The notes beneath the pieces were generated by a model that searched no databases, was not told the origin of the DNA, and was given only the letters and a program-made list of their open reading frames with translations. 64,000 nucleotides of DNA from Eubacteriales bacterium (lineage in GTDB: Bacteria > Bacillota > Clostridia > Lachnospirales > JAITVM01): positions 18,814-82,813 of the forward strand of contig JAVBOA010000015.1 of the NCBI GenBank assembly GCA_031551135.1, in the 5' to 3' direction. Shown here in pieces: positions 43,160 through 51,776 of the stretch. A program made the translations under genes and the position numbers. How positions within the stretch are numbered: position 1 is the stretch's first letter; each line of letters starts with the position of its first letter.

Positions 43160-44569
43160 ATGAAAAATAAAGATGATACATTTAGAGATTTTGCACTGAA
43201 TGGTAATGTGTGGAAAGTTGTTATAAATACATCTTTACCGCTTTGTTTTTATAATACAATGCTTTTGTTTTTTAAACTCGTGGACTCAATGATGGCATCA
43301 TACGTCAGCGCAAATTCGGTTTCGGCGGTTGCGTTTTTGGGGCAATTGAACAGCGTGCTTTTAGCGGTCGGCGGCGGCTTGGCGGTCGGCGGCTCTCTGG
43401 AAATCAGTCGTGCGTACGGGCTTGGGGATTACGATTTAGTAAAAAAGCGTGTGAATTCGCTGTATTTTATAACGACTTTAGTTTGCTTGGCTATTTTAAT
43501 TATGCTGCCTTTCAGTACGCAGATTTTGAGATTTGTAAATACACCTTCTGAATTGATCGATATCGGAAACCGGTATTTCAGAATAGAAATGCTGAATTTG
43601 ATATTGGTTTTTTATAATAATGTCTATTTTTCGATTGAGCGTGTCAGAGGAAACTCAAGCCGTATTTTATATCTGAATGTAATTTCGGTATTGGTAAAAT
43701 TATCTTTATCGGCGTATTTTATTTATGTATTAAAATCTGATATTCAAATGATTGCGCTTTCGAATTTGATTTCGCAAGCTCTGCTTTTTGTTATCGGAAT
43801 AATAAATCTATCTGACAAAACAAGTATTTTCAGGCTTTCGACGAAAGATATTTCTTTAAAAAAACGTGTTATTAAACCAATGCTGACTTTGGGTTTTCCT
43901 GTGATAATCGAAAGAGCGGCTTTTTCGCTCGGAAAAGTGGTCGTGAATTCGATGACGACGGTTTACGGACCGCTGGTTGTCGGCGCGCTTGGGATTTCCA
44001 ACAGTATCGGAGCATTGACGCAAGGGCCGAATATGGGGCTTTATGAAGCCGGTTCGGCGATTATCAGCCAAAATCTCGGTGCGAATAAAAAAGAACGTGC
44101 GATTGATGTTTTTTATAAAGTATTGATTATTAATGTAATTTTTGGTTTTATCGGACTCTTTTTGTCTCTTTATTATATCGAATTTCTTACGGCGGTTTTT
44201 TCACATTCGTCGGAAGGAAATAATATTGAATTTCAAAAAATGATAATTCGAATATATAGTTATGAAGCATGGGGCGGATGCGTGCCGCTTGCTGTGAATA
44301 CTTCGATAGTCGCTCTGCTTTTGGGCTTCGGTTATTCCAATCTGACTTTGATTATAAATTTTTGCCGGGTTTTCGTATTCAGAGTGCCTGTTTTTTATTT
44401 GTTTCAAAGATTTACAAATCTTGGTTATGAAACCTGCGGTATTATTATGCTGATCAGCAATTTATGCGTTTCACTGCTTTCTTCCGCAATCGCTTTTGCG
44501 GTAATTCGCAGGCTTAAAAAACGCATAAAAGAAGAAAATATGCCGCTTGTAGAAGTTTTTAGCGAGTAA
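43160..44569 (+). CDS. MATE family efflux transporter
   Basis: 469 aa with about 12 TM segments and two-lobed repeat architecture typical of MATE/NorM. Confidence 0.8.
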   Translation: MKNKDDTFRDFALNGNVWKVVINTSLPLCFYNTMLLFFKLVDSMMASYVSANSVSAVAFLGQLNSVLLAVGGGLAVGGSLEISRAYGLGDYDLVKKRVNSLYFITTLVCLAILIMLPFSTQILRFVNTPSELIDIGNRYFRIEMLNLILVFYNNVYFSIERVRGNSSRILYLNVISVLVKLSLSAYFIYVLKSDIQMIALSNLISQALLFVIGIINLSDKTSIFRLSTKDISLKKRVIKPMLTLGFPVIIERAAFSLGKVVVNSMTTVYGPLVVGALGISNSIGALTQGPNMGLYEAGSAIISQNLGANKKERAIDVFYKVLIINVIFGFIGLFLSLYYIEFLTAVFSHSSEGNNIEFQKMIIRIYSYEAWGGCVPLAVNTSIVALLLGFGYSNLTLIINFCRVFVFRVPVFYLFQRFTNLGYETCGIIMLISNLCVSLLSSAIAFAVIRRLKKRIKEENMPLVEVFSE

Positions 44570-44658
44570 AAATTTTGTCACAAAAAAATAATCTTTTAAT
44601 CTCGGCAAAATAGTGTATAATAATTCATGTAGCATTTTAACAATACATTGATTGCAAT

Positions 44659-44729
44659 ACGGTTTGATTTTTCTTGATTTTATATGACTTTAAAACAAAA
44701 TGTTTTAATTAGTAAAAAATCAAACCGCT
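44659..44729. repeat. Hairpin repeat family 2, copy 2 (opposite orientation)
   Basis: ACGGTTTGATTTTTCTTGATTTTATATGACTTTAAAACAAAATGTTTTAATTAGTAAAAAATCAAACCGCT. Confidence 0.85.
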
Positions 44730-44759
44730 ATATTCAAAATCAAATAAACGGAGGAAAAT

Positions 44760-45239
44760 ATGTTTAAGAAAATATTTAATTTATCAGCAATCTCATTATT
44801 AATAATTTTTGCGCTCTGCGCTTGTAAAGAAGTTCCCTATAAACAAAAAGACCAGACCAAAGAAGAAGCTGTTGCGGAAAGACCGAATATTATTATATCC
44901 GATGAGGAAAAAGAATATATTAATGCTTTAATCGAATTGGAAGATGTTAAAAAAGCTTTGGAAACCGAAGAAGGCAAAGAATTTACGCAAGAAGAATTTG
45001 ATAAATTGACTGATAAAAAACTTCCTTATGAAATTACCTTCAAAACAGCTTATGTTTATCAAAATAAAGTAGTTGTCGGTTTTGACAGAGGCGAAGAGGA
45101 AACTTATCTGCAATACGAAGTAGCTGATAAAACTATTTTAAAAGCAATCGGCTTGAAAGATAAAAACGATAAAGCTACAGATTATTTTGAAAATAAAAAT
45201 AACGAAACATTTACAAAGAGCTATAGGCAAAAATTCTAG
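44760..45239 (+). CDS. Hypothetical lipoprotein
   Basis: RBS GGAGG, lipobox FALCAC, acidic/lysine-rich mature part. Strong terminator follows at 45258-45306. Confidence 0.6.
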   Translation: MFKKIFNLSAISLLIIFALCACKEVPYKQKDQTKEEAVAERPNIIISDEEKEYINALIELEDVKKALETEEGKEFTQEEFDKLTDKKLPYEITFKTAYVYQNKVVVGFDRGEEETYLQYEVADKTILKAIGLKDKNDKATDYFENKNNETFTKSYRQKF

Positions 45240-45257
45240 TAAATACGTTTTATTAAA

Positions 45258-45306
45258 AAAAGCTCTCTTTGCAGAAATATCGAATTTTCCGCAAGGAGAG
45301 CTTTTT
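45258..45306 (+). terminator. Intrinsic terminator after the lipoprotein gene
   Basis: AAAGCTCTCTTTGC...GCAAGGAGAGCTTT (one mismatch) followed by TTTT. Confidence 0.8.
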
Positions 45307-45313
45307 GAATCTA

Positions 45314-45348
45314 TACTGTTTCTATTCTAAAGGACAGAATAAACAGTA
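45314..45348. repeat. Short palindromic element (family 1-like termini)
   Basis: TACTGTTTCTATTCTAAAGGACAGAATAAACAGTA shares its ATTCTAAARGACAGAA centre with 19762-19801. Abuts the stop of the URO-D-family gene. Confidence 0.65.
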
Positions 45349-46356
45349 TTATTGATAAAATTCTTTTACCGTATTAAAAAATTCTTCGATATTCTCCATA
45401 GGCGAAACCGGCGGAATATCGCAGCCCGACGAAATTATAAAATTATCATAAGCCGAACATTTTTCCAGAACTTCCAAAGTGGCTTTTCTTAAAGATTCCG
45501 GAGTTCCGTTTCTGAATTGGCTGGCCGGGTCAACATTGCCCATAACAATTTTATCCGACGGCATAAGCGGGATGATTTCCCACATTTTGATTGAGTTTCC
45601 AAAATGGAAAATTGATGCGCCTGTTTCCAAAACTTCTTTGATAAGCGGAATCGTATTTCCGCAATTATGGTAAATTACAACAAAAAATTCGTCCTGTAGG
45701 GCATCAATTATTTTTTTTACATAAGGGCTGGAAAATTCTCCGATTAATTCCGGAGAAAGAAGTCCGGCGGCAGGCTCGGCTATGAACAATCCGTTTGCTC
45801 CGGTCTCCTTGAAAGCTTTAGCGTATTCGATCAAAAATTCCGTGGCTTTTTCCAGAACAATATGAACTTCTTCGGGGTCGGTATAAGTTTTGCACATAAT
45901 TTCGGTCATATCCATCAATCTTCCGGATAATGAAAACGGACCAATCATTCCGGCGAAAACCGGACGGTCATTAATTTTTTCAACCGCAAGGCTGATAGCT
46001 TTTACATATTCTCCGGTTCTTGCGTCGCCGACTTTCGGAACTTTCAGCGCGATTGCCTCATCTTCGTCGTTTACTAGCGCCGAAATAACGGTTGGAACTT
46101 CGTCATCGGAAAATCTTACCGTTGAACCGAAAGCTTCGGCTTCTACCGATAAATCCATATTGCTGACCGCCGCCAAGGTATCGAATTTTTTCGCAATAGC
46201 CTCCATGCAATCAGCTTGTTTTGCGCCGTCTTTAACCATTTCGCCAACGTTAAGACCTGTCAGCTGAATACCGGGGAAAGAGAGTACAGGCATTGATTTT
46301 TTCGCTTTTGGAGCGGATTTAATCCATTCCATCATATTTGTATTTTTAAAGCTCAT
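45349..46356 (-). CDS. Uroporphyrinogen-decarboxylase-fold methyltransferase (MtaA/CmuA family)
   Basis: Start set to ATG 46356 (RBS AAAGGA). URO-D family pattern: PVLSFPG, FGS, PFSLSGRL, IAEPAAG, IYHNCGN, ISSGCDIPP. Confidence 0.8.
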   Translation of the reverse strand: MSFKNTNMMEWIKSAPKAKKSMPVLSFPGIQLTGLNVGEMVKDGAKQADCMEAIAKKFDTLAAVSNMDLSVEAEAFGSTVRFSDDEVPTVISALVNDEDEAIALKVPKVGDARTGEYVKAISLAVEKINDRPVFAGMIGPFSLSGRLMDMTEIMCKTYTDPEEVHIVLEKATEFLIEYAKAFKETGANGLFIAEPAAGLLSPELIGEFSSPYVKKIIDALQDEFFVVIYHNCGNTIPLIKEVLETGASIFHFGNSIKMWEIIPLMPSDKIVMGNVDPASQFRNGTPESLRKATLEVLEKCSAYDNFIISSGCDIPPVSPMENIEEFFNTVKEFYQ

Positions 46357-46626
46357 AAATATCATCCTTTATTTTGATTTTGATTAATTTTAGTATATCA
46401 ACAATCATGAATTTATTTATTGTGAAATTCAACGTAAAATTGTAAATTTTGATTTATTTTTTGCAGGCGTTCGAATTTTTAGGATTCTATTTTTTCAACA
46501 AATAAAGAAATTACAAAAAAGATTAAAAATTTTATATAATAAAGTAAGAGGAATTGATAAAATTTATTGTAGTCAAATATATTTTATCTGAGTACAGGGA
46601 ATATGTTTTTACATATAGGTGATTAG

Positions 46627-47892
46627 ATGAAAAAGTTGACATTAAAAAATATTTCTTTGGAGCATGCGCGCGAAATCTGCGATAATTACGCTCTTGCCAC
46701 AACTATAAATCTATTTATAATTGATTCTGGTAATCAAATAATTTATAGAACCCGCTCTAAAGAGATTGAGAAAAATAATTGCGGATATGATTTTTGCACA
46801 TATCTCAATAAATGCTCTGCCAATAAAAATACCTGCGAAAGAATTTATTCGTACGGAACAAAAGAGGCAAAACGTTTCGGGGGAAGATATATTTATTTTT
46901 GCCATACCGGTTTGGCGCATTTCACTTCGCCGGTTTTGATAGAAGATGATGTTTTTTTGACAATAGTAAGCGAACCGATTATTATGTTTGACAGCGAAGA
47001 ATATTTTGAAATGGATTTAAAAAAATCGCTGAACCAAGAGCAAAAAGAAGAATTGAAAAAACTTTTAAAATTCGTAAAGCCGGTCGAACCTTCGGTTGTA
47101 CACGCTCTTTCGGAAATGCTTTTTGTGAATACGGAATATATCTCCAAACAAGCCTCTAAAGAAATGGATTCTTATAAAATGCAGGGCAAAATTTCTGAAT
47201 TCAGATATAATTTTAAAGAGGACGAAGAAAATCATATAAACTCGTATTTCGCAAAAGAGGACGAACTGATGAAAGCTATGCAGGCATTTGACAAAGACAG
47301 AGCCAGCGAATTATTGAATGAGATTTTAGGTGAAGTATTTTTTTTATCGGGCTACCGGTTTGAGAAAATAAAATTGCGTGTTGTGGAATTGGTTTCTTTG
47401 CTTTCGAGGGCGGCTATCAAGGGCGGAGCGGATATACGGATTTTTGGCATAAACGACGGATATTTGGAAGAGATAGAAAAATTGAAAACAATAGACGAAA
47501 CAGCTGTTTGGCTTTCAAAAATAATGAATCGCTTTATGGGGGCAATGTTTGATTTTTCTGATGTTCAAAATAAAGATTTGATTTATAAAGCCTTGGAATA
47601 CATAAGGCGTAATTATATGAACAAAATAACATTAGAAACCGTAGCGAATGAAGTTTATTTAAGCCCCGGTTATTTCAGCAAAGTTTTTAAACAGGAAATG
47701 AAAATTAATTTTAGTAATTATTTAAGCGAATATCGAATCGAAAAAAGTAAAATTCTGATTTCGGACAAAAATTTGGAACTGACGGATATTTCGCAGATGG
47801 TCGGGTTTGAGGACCAAAGTTATTTTACTAAAGTTTTTAAAAAAACTACAGGCCAGTCACCCGGTAAATACCGGCGGTCTATGGGAATATAG
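46627..47892 (+). CDS. PocR-sensory-domain AraC family transcriptional regulator
   Basis: N-terminal PocR-like domain (YIYFCHTGLAHFTSPV). C-terminal AraC HTH pair (ITLETVANEVYLSPGYFSKVFK, LTDISQMVGFEDQSYFTKVFKK.TG.SP..YR). Confidence 0.8.
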   Translation: MKKLTLKNISLEHAREICDNYALATTINLFIIDSGNQIIYRTRSKEIEKNNCGYDFCTYLNKCSANKNTCERIYSYGTKEAKRFGGRYIYFCHTGLAHFTSPVLIEDDVFLTIVSEPIIMFDSEEYFEMDLKKSLNQEQKEELKKLLKFVKPVEPSVVHALSEMLFVNTEYISKQASKEMDSYKMQGKISEFRYNFKEDEENHINSYFAKEDELMKAMQAFDKDRASELLNEILGEVFFLSGYRFEKIKLRVVELVSLLSRAAIKGGADIRIFGINDGYLEEIEKLKTIDETAVWLSKIMNRFMGAMFDFSDVQNKDLIYKALEYIRRNYMNKITLETVANEVYLSPGYFSKVFKQEMKINFSNYLSEYRIEKSKILISDKNLELTDISQMVGFEDQSYFTKVFKKTTGQSPGKYRRSMGI

Positions 47893-47924
47893 CAAATTAT
47901 GCAGTTTGATTTAGGAGGATGAAA

Positions 47925-48563
47925 ATGCAGGAAATTTTAACAGAAATATCTGAACAGCTTCAAAAAGGAAAGGCGAAAATTGTTAAGGAATTAGTGCAAA
48001 AAGCCGTTGATGAGGGAATCCCCGTTCAGACAATATTACAAGACGCTCTGCTTGCAGGAATGGACGTTGTCGGCGGAAAATTCAAAAGAAACGAAGTTTT
48101 TGTTCCGGAGGTTTTGATAACAGCAAGAGCTATGAACCAAGGAATGGGAGTTTTAAAGCCATATTTGAAAGAATCCGGAATCGAGCCGCTGGGCAAAGCG
48201 ATTATCGGAACAGTGAAAGGCGATTTGCATGATATCGGCAAGAATCTTGTAAAAATGATGCTTGAAGGCAAGGGCATCGAGGTTATAGATTTGGGCACGG
48301 ATGTTTCGGCGGAGGATTTTGTGGAAAAGGCGAAAGACGAAAATGCTAAAATAATTTGTTTATCCGCGCTTTTAACGACTACAATGGGCGAACTCGGCAA
48401 TGTTGTGGAGGCTTTTGAAAAAGCCGGTATTAGGGATAATGTAACAATTATGGTCGGCGGCGCTCCTGTAACAGACGATTTTTGCAAAAAAGTAAGAGCA
48501 GATATTTATCAGCCGGATGCGGCATCTGCGGCAGAATCCGCAAAAGCTGTATTGGTTTCATAA
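47925..48563 (+). CDS. Corrinoid (cobalamin-binding) protein of methyltransferase systems
   Basis: Start set to the second ATG (RBS AGGAGG). N-terminal helical cap, then a B12-binding Rossmann domain with DxHxxG motif GDLHDIGKNLV, SALLTTT and VGGAP. Confidence 0.85.
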   Translation: MQEILTEISEQLQKGKAKIVKELVQKAVDEGIPVQTILQDALLAGMDVVGGKFKRNEVFVPEVLITARAMNQGMGVLKPYLKESGIEPLGKAIIGTVKGDLHDIGKNLVKMMLEGKGIEVIDLGTDVSAEDFVEKAKDENAKIICLSALLTTTMGELGNVVEAFEKAGIRDNVTIMVGGAPVTDDFCKKVRADIYQPDAASAAESAKAVLVS

Positions 48564-48634
48564 AATTTTATTAGGATAGCGGCAATGGTCGACGCATGGC
48601 AATCTCTGCTCTGTGTGGTTTTGCCGCTTTGTGT

Positions 48635-48814
48635 TTATACTTTGAAAACTTTTATCATTTCTTTGGCATCCGCAAAAATGCCCTCCAGAAATGCTTCCTG
48701 TTCAGATTTTGCGGCTAAAACCGGAGGACTTGAGGTTGGCAAAATATTATCGTCTTTACTGTCGCAAGAAGTTAAAAAGATCACAAAAACCAAGGCAAGT
48801 ATAGTTTTTTTCAA
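48635..48814 (-). CDS. Small lipoprotein (59 aa, below ORF-track cutoff)
   Basis: Translated by hand: MKKTILALVFVIFLTSCDSKDDNILPTSSPPVLAAKSEQEAFLEGIFADAKEMIKVFKV. TTG start 6 nt after AAGGGGG. Lipobox LTSC. Begins 12 nt after the GGDEF-EAL stop. Confidence 0.5.
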   Translation of the reverse strand: MKKTILALVFVIFLTSCDSKDDNILPTSSPPVLAAKSEQEAFLEGIFADAKEMIKVFKV

Positions 48815-48826
48815 GCTTATACCCCC

Positions 48827-51088
48827 TTAAAGCTCATCTGAAAAATAAGAATACAAATTATTATCGAGTGCGGAAAAAATATCGTCTTTGGCGATTGGGA
48901 CGCCGCCGAAATAACCCTGCACGATATCACAGCCCATAGATTTTACAAAATCGAGCTGTTCTTTTGTCTCGACACCCTCGGCAATTGTATTAAAATCCAA
49001 AACATGCGATAATTCAATAATTTTTTCGGTTATGCGTTTATCGATATTCGAAGTCGAAACATTGTCAATAAAAGATTTATCAATTTTTATGCTTGTCATC
49101 GGCAAGGTTTTCAAATAAGTCAAAGAAGAATATCCTGTTCCAAAATCGTCCAAGGCCATAGCGATGCCCATTTCACGAAGTTCAAAAAGCTTTTTCAGAT
49201 TCGTTTCAAAATTTTCCATCAAAGCCGTTTCGGTAATTTCTATTTCGAGCTTAGTGGTATTAATTTTTGTTTCTTCTATAATATCCTTTATATAGTCAAT
49301 CAAATGGCTGTCGATTAACTGAATAGGCGATAAATTCACAGAAATTTTGATATCATCATGTCCGCTCTCCTGCAATTTTTTCAGAACTATGCAGGATTCA
49401 CGCAGAACCCATTTTCCAAGCGGAACAATCAGTCTTGTTTCTTCGGCGATCGGAATAAACACGGTCGGCGAAACATTGCCGCGCTTTTTGCTTATCCAAC
49501 GTGAGAGAGCCTCAAATCCGGATAATTTTCCGCTTGCAATATCGTATTGCGGCTGTAAAAACAGAAAAAGCTCATCACAACTATTTACGGCTAATTTCAA
49601 ATCCATTTCCAAATCGATTTTTTCTTTAAGCTGCTCCTGCATTCTTTTGTCAAAGAAAAGATAACGGTTTTTGCCCATATTTTTTACACGGTTCATAGCG
49701 ATGTCAGCACATTTTAAAAGGTTCTCGAAATCCTTGCCGTTTTCGGGAGAAATCGCAATTCCGATACTTGCCTCGACGGAATAAGAAACTTCGCTGTCCT
49801 CGTAGGAAATATTGAGAGTTCCAGATAATAAATCCACATAATTAATTAAATTTTCGAGATTTATATAATCTTGAATAAAAATTGCAATTTCGTCGCCGCT
49901 GAACCGGCTGACAATATAGTTTTTGGAAATAGAGCGGATTCGCGCCGCCATTTCGCAAATAACCCTATCGCCGAAATAATGCCCGAAAGAATCATTTATA
50001 AATTTGAAATCGTCGATATCCAAAAAAATAAAAGCAGCGCGGCTGTTCGGATTGTTTTTATAAAGAATATCCACATATTCTTCCATATAAGTCCGGTTAT
50101 ATAAACCCGTCAAATTATCATAATACGCCAATTTTTTAATCTTTTCTTGATAAATGCAAGCCGAAGAAATATCAGAAAGCGAACCTGCAAGGTTTATAAC
50201 ATTTCCTTCACGGCTATAAGTCAATTTACCAAAAAATTCAATATAGGTATAAGATTTATCCTCGTTTACCAATCTGAAATTTGATTTAAATGACTCGACT
50301 TTATTTGAAATAGCCAAATAAATATTTTTCACTACTTTATAATAATCTTCTTTATGGATTTTAGAAATCAAATACTCCTTAATATCCGCGTTGGAGGTAC
50401 TGAAATCTTTTTCCAAAAGCTGTTTGCATTTATCCGAAAAATAAAAAACATTATTAGCGATATCATATTCCATCATACCGATATTCATAGAGTCTATGAG
50501 GAATTTATGCTTGCTTTCGGACTCGCGCAGGCGCTCGATACCGTGAAAATAATAAGAAAAATTTTTATCGATAATAGAATCGGATTCCGCCAATTCCCGG
50601 TTTAAAATTCTGCCCTCGGCAAAGGAATTCGCAAAATCACGCTCATAATAAAATTCGGAAATATCTTTACAAACAAAAACATAATATAAATTTCCCCTTT
50701 GATTTTTCAAAGCCTTTGCGAAAACAGAAATCAATATTTCTTTATTATCTTTTGTAACTATAGCAATATCGGTTTCACATGAACCCTTGCTGTAAAGTTT
50801 TGCCAAGAATGATTTATACTCCAAACTGCTTGACTGTGATACTAAATCCGAAAACGAAAGTTTATTTACTAAATCATCTTTTTTAAAATTAGAATATTTA
50901 AGAAAAGGTTCGTTTACATCAATAATAACATTATCCAAAGATACTTTTATGATAAAAGTACCGGTAATGTTTAGGGCGAAATCTGTCAAATCACTAGCCT
51001 CAAAAACTTTCGCGGCGATTCTTTTTGCTATAAAAGAAATTGCAATTATCAACAAAATGAATATTATATACGGCAGATTTTCTAACAT
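48827..51088 (-). CDS. Membrane-anchored PAS-PAS-GGDEF-EAL c-di-GMP turnover protein
   Basis: N-terminal TM. GGDEF domain with YYDNLTGLYNR and an active-site variant RFSGDEIAIF. EAL domain with EALSRW, NLSP, EITE, DDFGTGYSS, KIDKSF, AEGVET and QGY. Confidence 0.9.
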   Translation of the reverse strand: MLENLPYIIFILLIIAISFIAKRIAAKVFEASDLTDFALNITGTFIIKVSLDNVIIDVNEPFLKYSNFKKDDLVNKLSFSDLVSQSSSLEYKSFLAKLYSKGSCETDIAIVTKDNKEILISVFAKALKNQRGNLYYVFVCKDISEFYYERDFANSFAEGRILNRELAESDSIIDKNFSYYFHGIERLRESESKHKFLIDSMNIGMMEYDIANNVFYFSDKCKQLLEKDFSTSNADIKEYLISKIHKEDYYKVVKNIYLAISNKVESFKSNFRLVNEDKSYTYIEFFGKLTYSREGNVINLAGSLSDISSACIYQEKIKKLAYYDNLTGLYNRTYMEEYVDILYKNNPNSRAAFIFLDIDDFKFINDSFGHYFGDRVICEMAARIRSISKNYIVSRFSGDEIAIFIQDYINLENLINYVDLLSGTLNISYEDSEVSYSVEASIGIAISPENGKDFENLLKCADIAMNRVKNMGKNRYLFFDKRMQEQLKEKIDLEMDLKLAVNSCDELFLFLQPQYDIASGKLSGFEALSRWISKKRGNVSPTVFIPIAEETRLIVPLGKWVLRESCIVLKKLQESGHDDIKISVNLSPIQLIDSHLIDYIKDIIEETKINTTKLEIEITETALMENFETNLKKLFELREMGIAMALDDFGTGYSSLTYLKTLPMTSIKIDKSFIDNVSTSNIDKRITEKIIELSHVLDFNTIAEGVETKEQLDFVKSMGCDIVQGYFGGVPIAKDDIFSALDNNLYSYFSDEL

Positions 51089-51435
51089 TAAGTAACAAAC
51101 CTCCTTTAAAAATTTAGAATTTCAAAAGATGAAAAATTTATTATAGCATTCCTTACAGAAACATAAATCAAATCACTATGTAAATATAATATATTATACA
51201 TATTTTTAACGCATAATATATATTTTTAATAAAACAATCAATAATTTAAAATCTAAATGTAATATAAAACCACAAATATATAATAAAGAAACATTTGGAA
51301 AATAAAACAAAATTTAATCCGAATTTAGTAGCGAATGAAAATCTCATAGCAATCGGACTAAAATTATAATATAGTATTAGATATTAAATTGAATTACATT
51401 CGGGAGTATTTTCAGAAATTGATATAATTTGAAAG

Positions 51436-51473
51436 TAATACTATTTCCACTATAAATAAATGAAAATAGTATA
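51436..51473. repeat. Short palindromic element (family 1 termini only)
   Basis: TAATACTATTTCCACTATAAATAAATGAAAATAGTATA, 50 bp from full copy D. Confidence 0.65.
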
Positions 51474-51522
51474 GGTGTTTTGTTTGTCAGAATCTTTTTC
51501 GGATGTGAAATAATCGTTAATC

Positions 51523-51635
51523 ATACTATTTCCCTTTTAAAGAATAGAAAAAAATATTTCATTCCGCGCTTGAAGCGTTGCGCGGAACGCTTCGCTGTGA
51601 AAATTTTTTTCTACAAATCAAATGGGAATTAGTAT
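51523..51635. repeat. Long palindromic intergenic repeat, family 1, full copy D (opposite orientation)
   Basis: Its reverse complement aligns with copies B and C: ..GTAGAAAAAAATTTTCACAGCGAAGCGTTCCGCGCAACGCTTCAAGCGCGGAATGAAATATTTTTTTCTATTC..GGGAAATAGTAT. Confidence 0.8.
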
Positions 51636-51659
51636 CAGCAGAGCGGATAATCAAGAACA

Positions 51660-51715
51660 GGGGCTGGATATTCCGACCTGAAAATATTGGCATTTTCAGG
51701 TCAGATATCAGCCCC
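51660..51715 (-). terminator. Long hairpin downstream of the yabE-like gene
   Basis: GGGGCTGGATATTCCGACCTGAAAAT-attggc-ATTTTCAGGTCAGATATCAGCCCC, a stem of about 24 bp. Confidence 0.65.
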
Positions 51716-51776
51716 ATATTTTATTTTCCGGCAAGCGCCAGGAAATATTATAACTCGAGATATTTAGAAAAAGCTG

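Noticed and set aside
48026-48487. Long antisense ORFs inside well-supported genes: 48026..48487 (153 aa), 24419..24919 (166 aa), 24394..24774, 56016..56519 (167 aa), 52114..52580, 45890..46267, 36229..36817.
   Set aside because: Each lies fully opposite a CDS with clear family motifs (corrinoid protein, dihydropyrimidinase, MetRS, YabE-like, URO-D family, Eda). They have low-complexity or biased composition, no RBS and no recognisable motifs. They are most simply by-products of codon bias on the sense strand.
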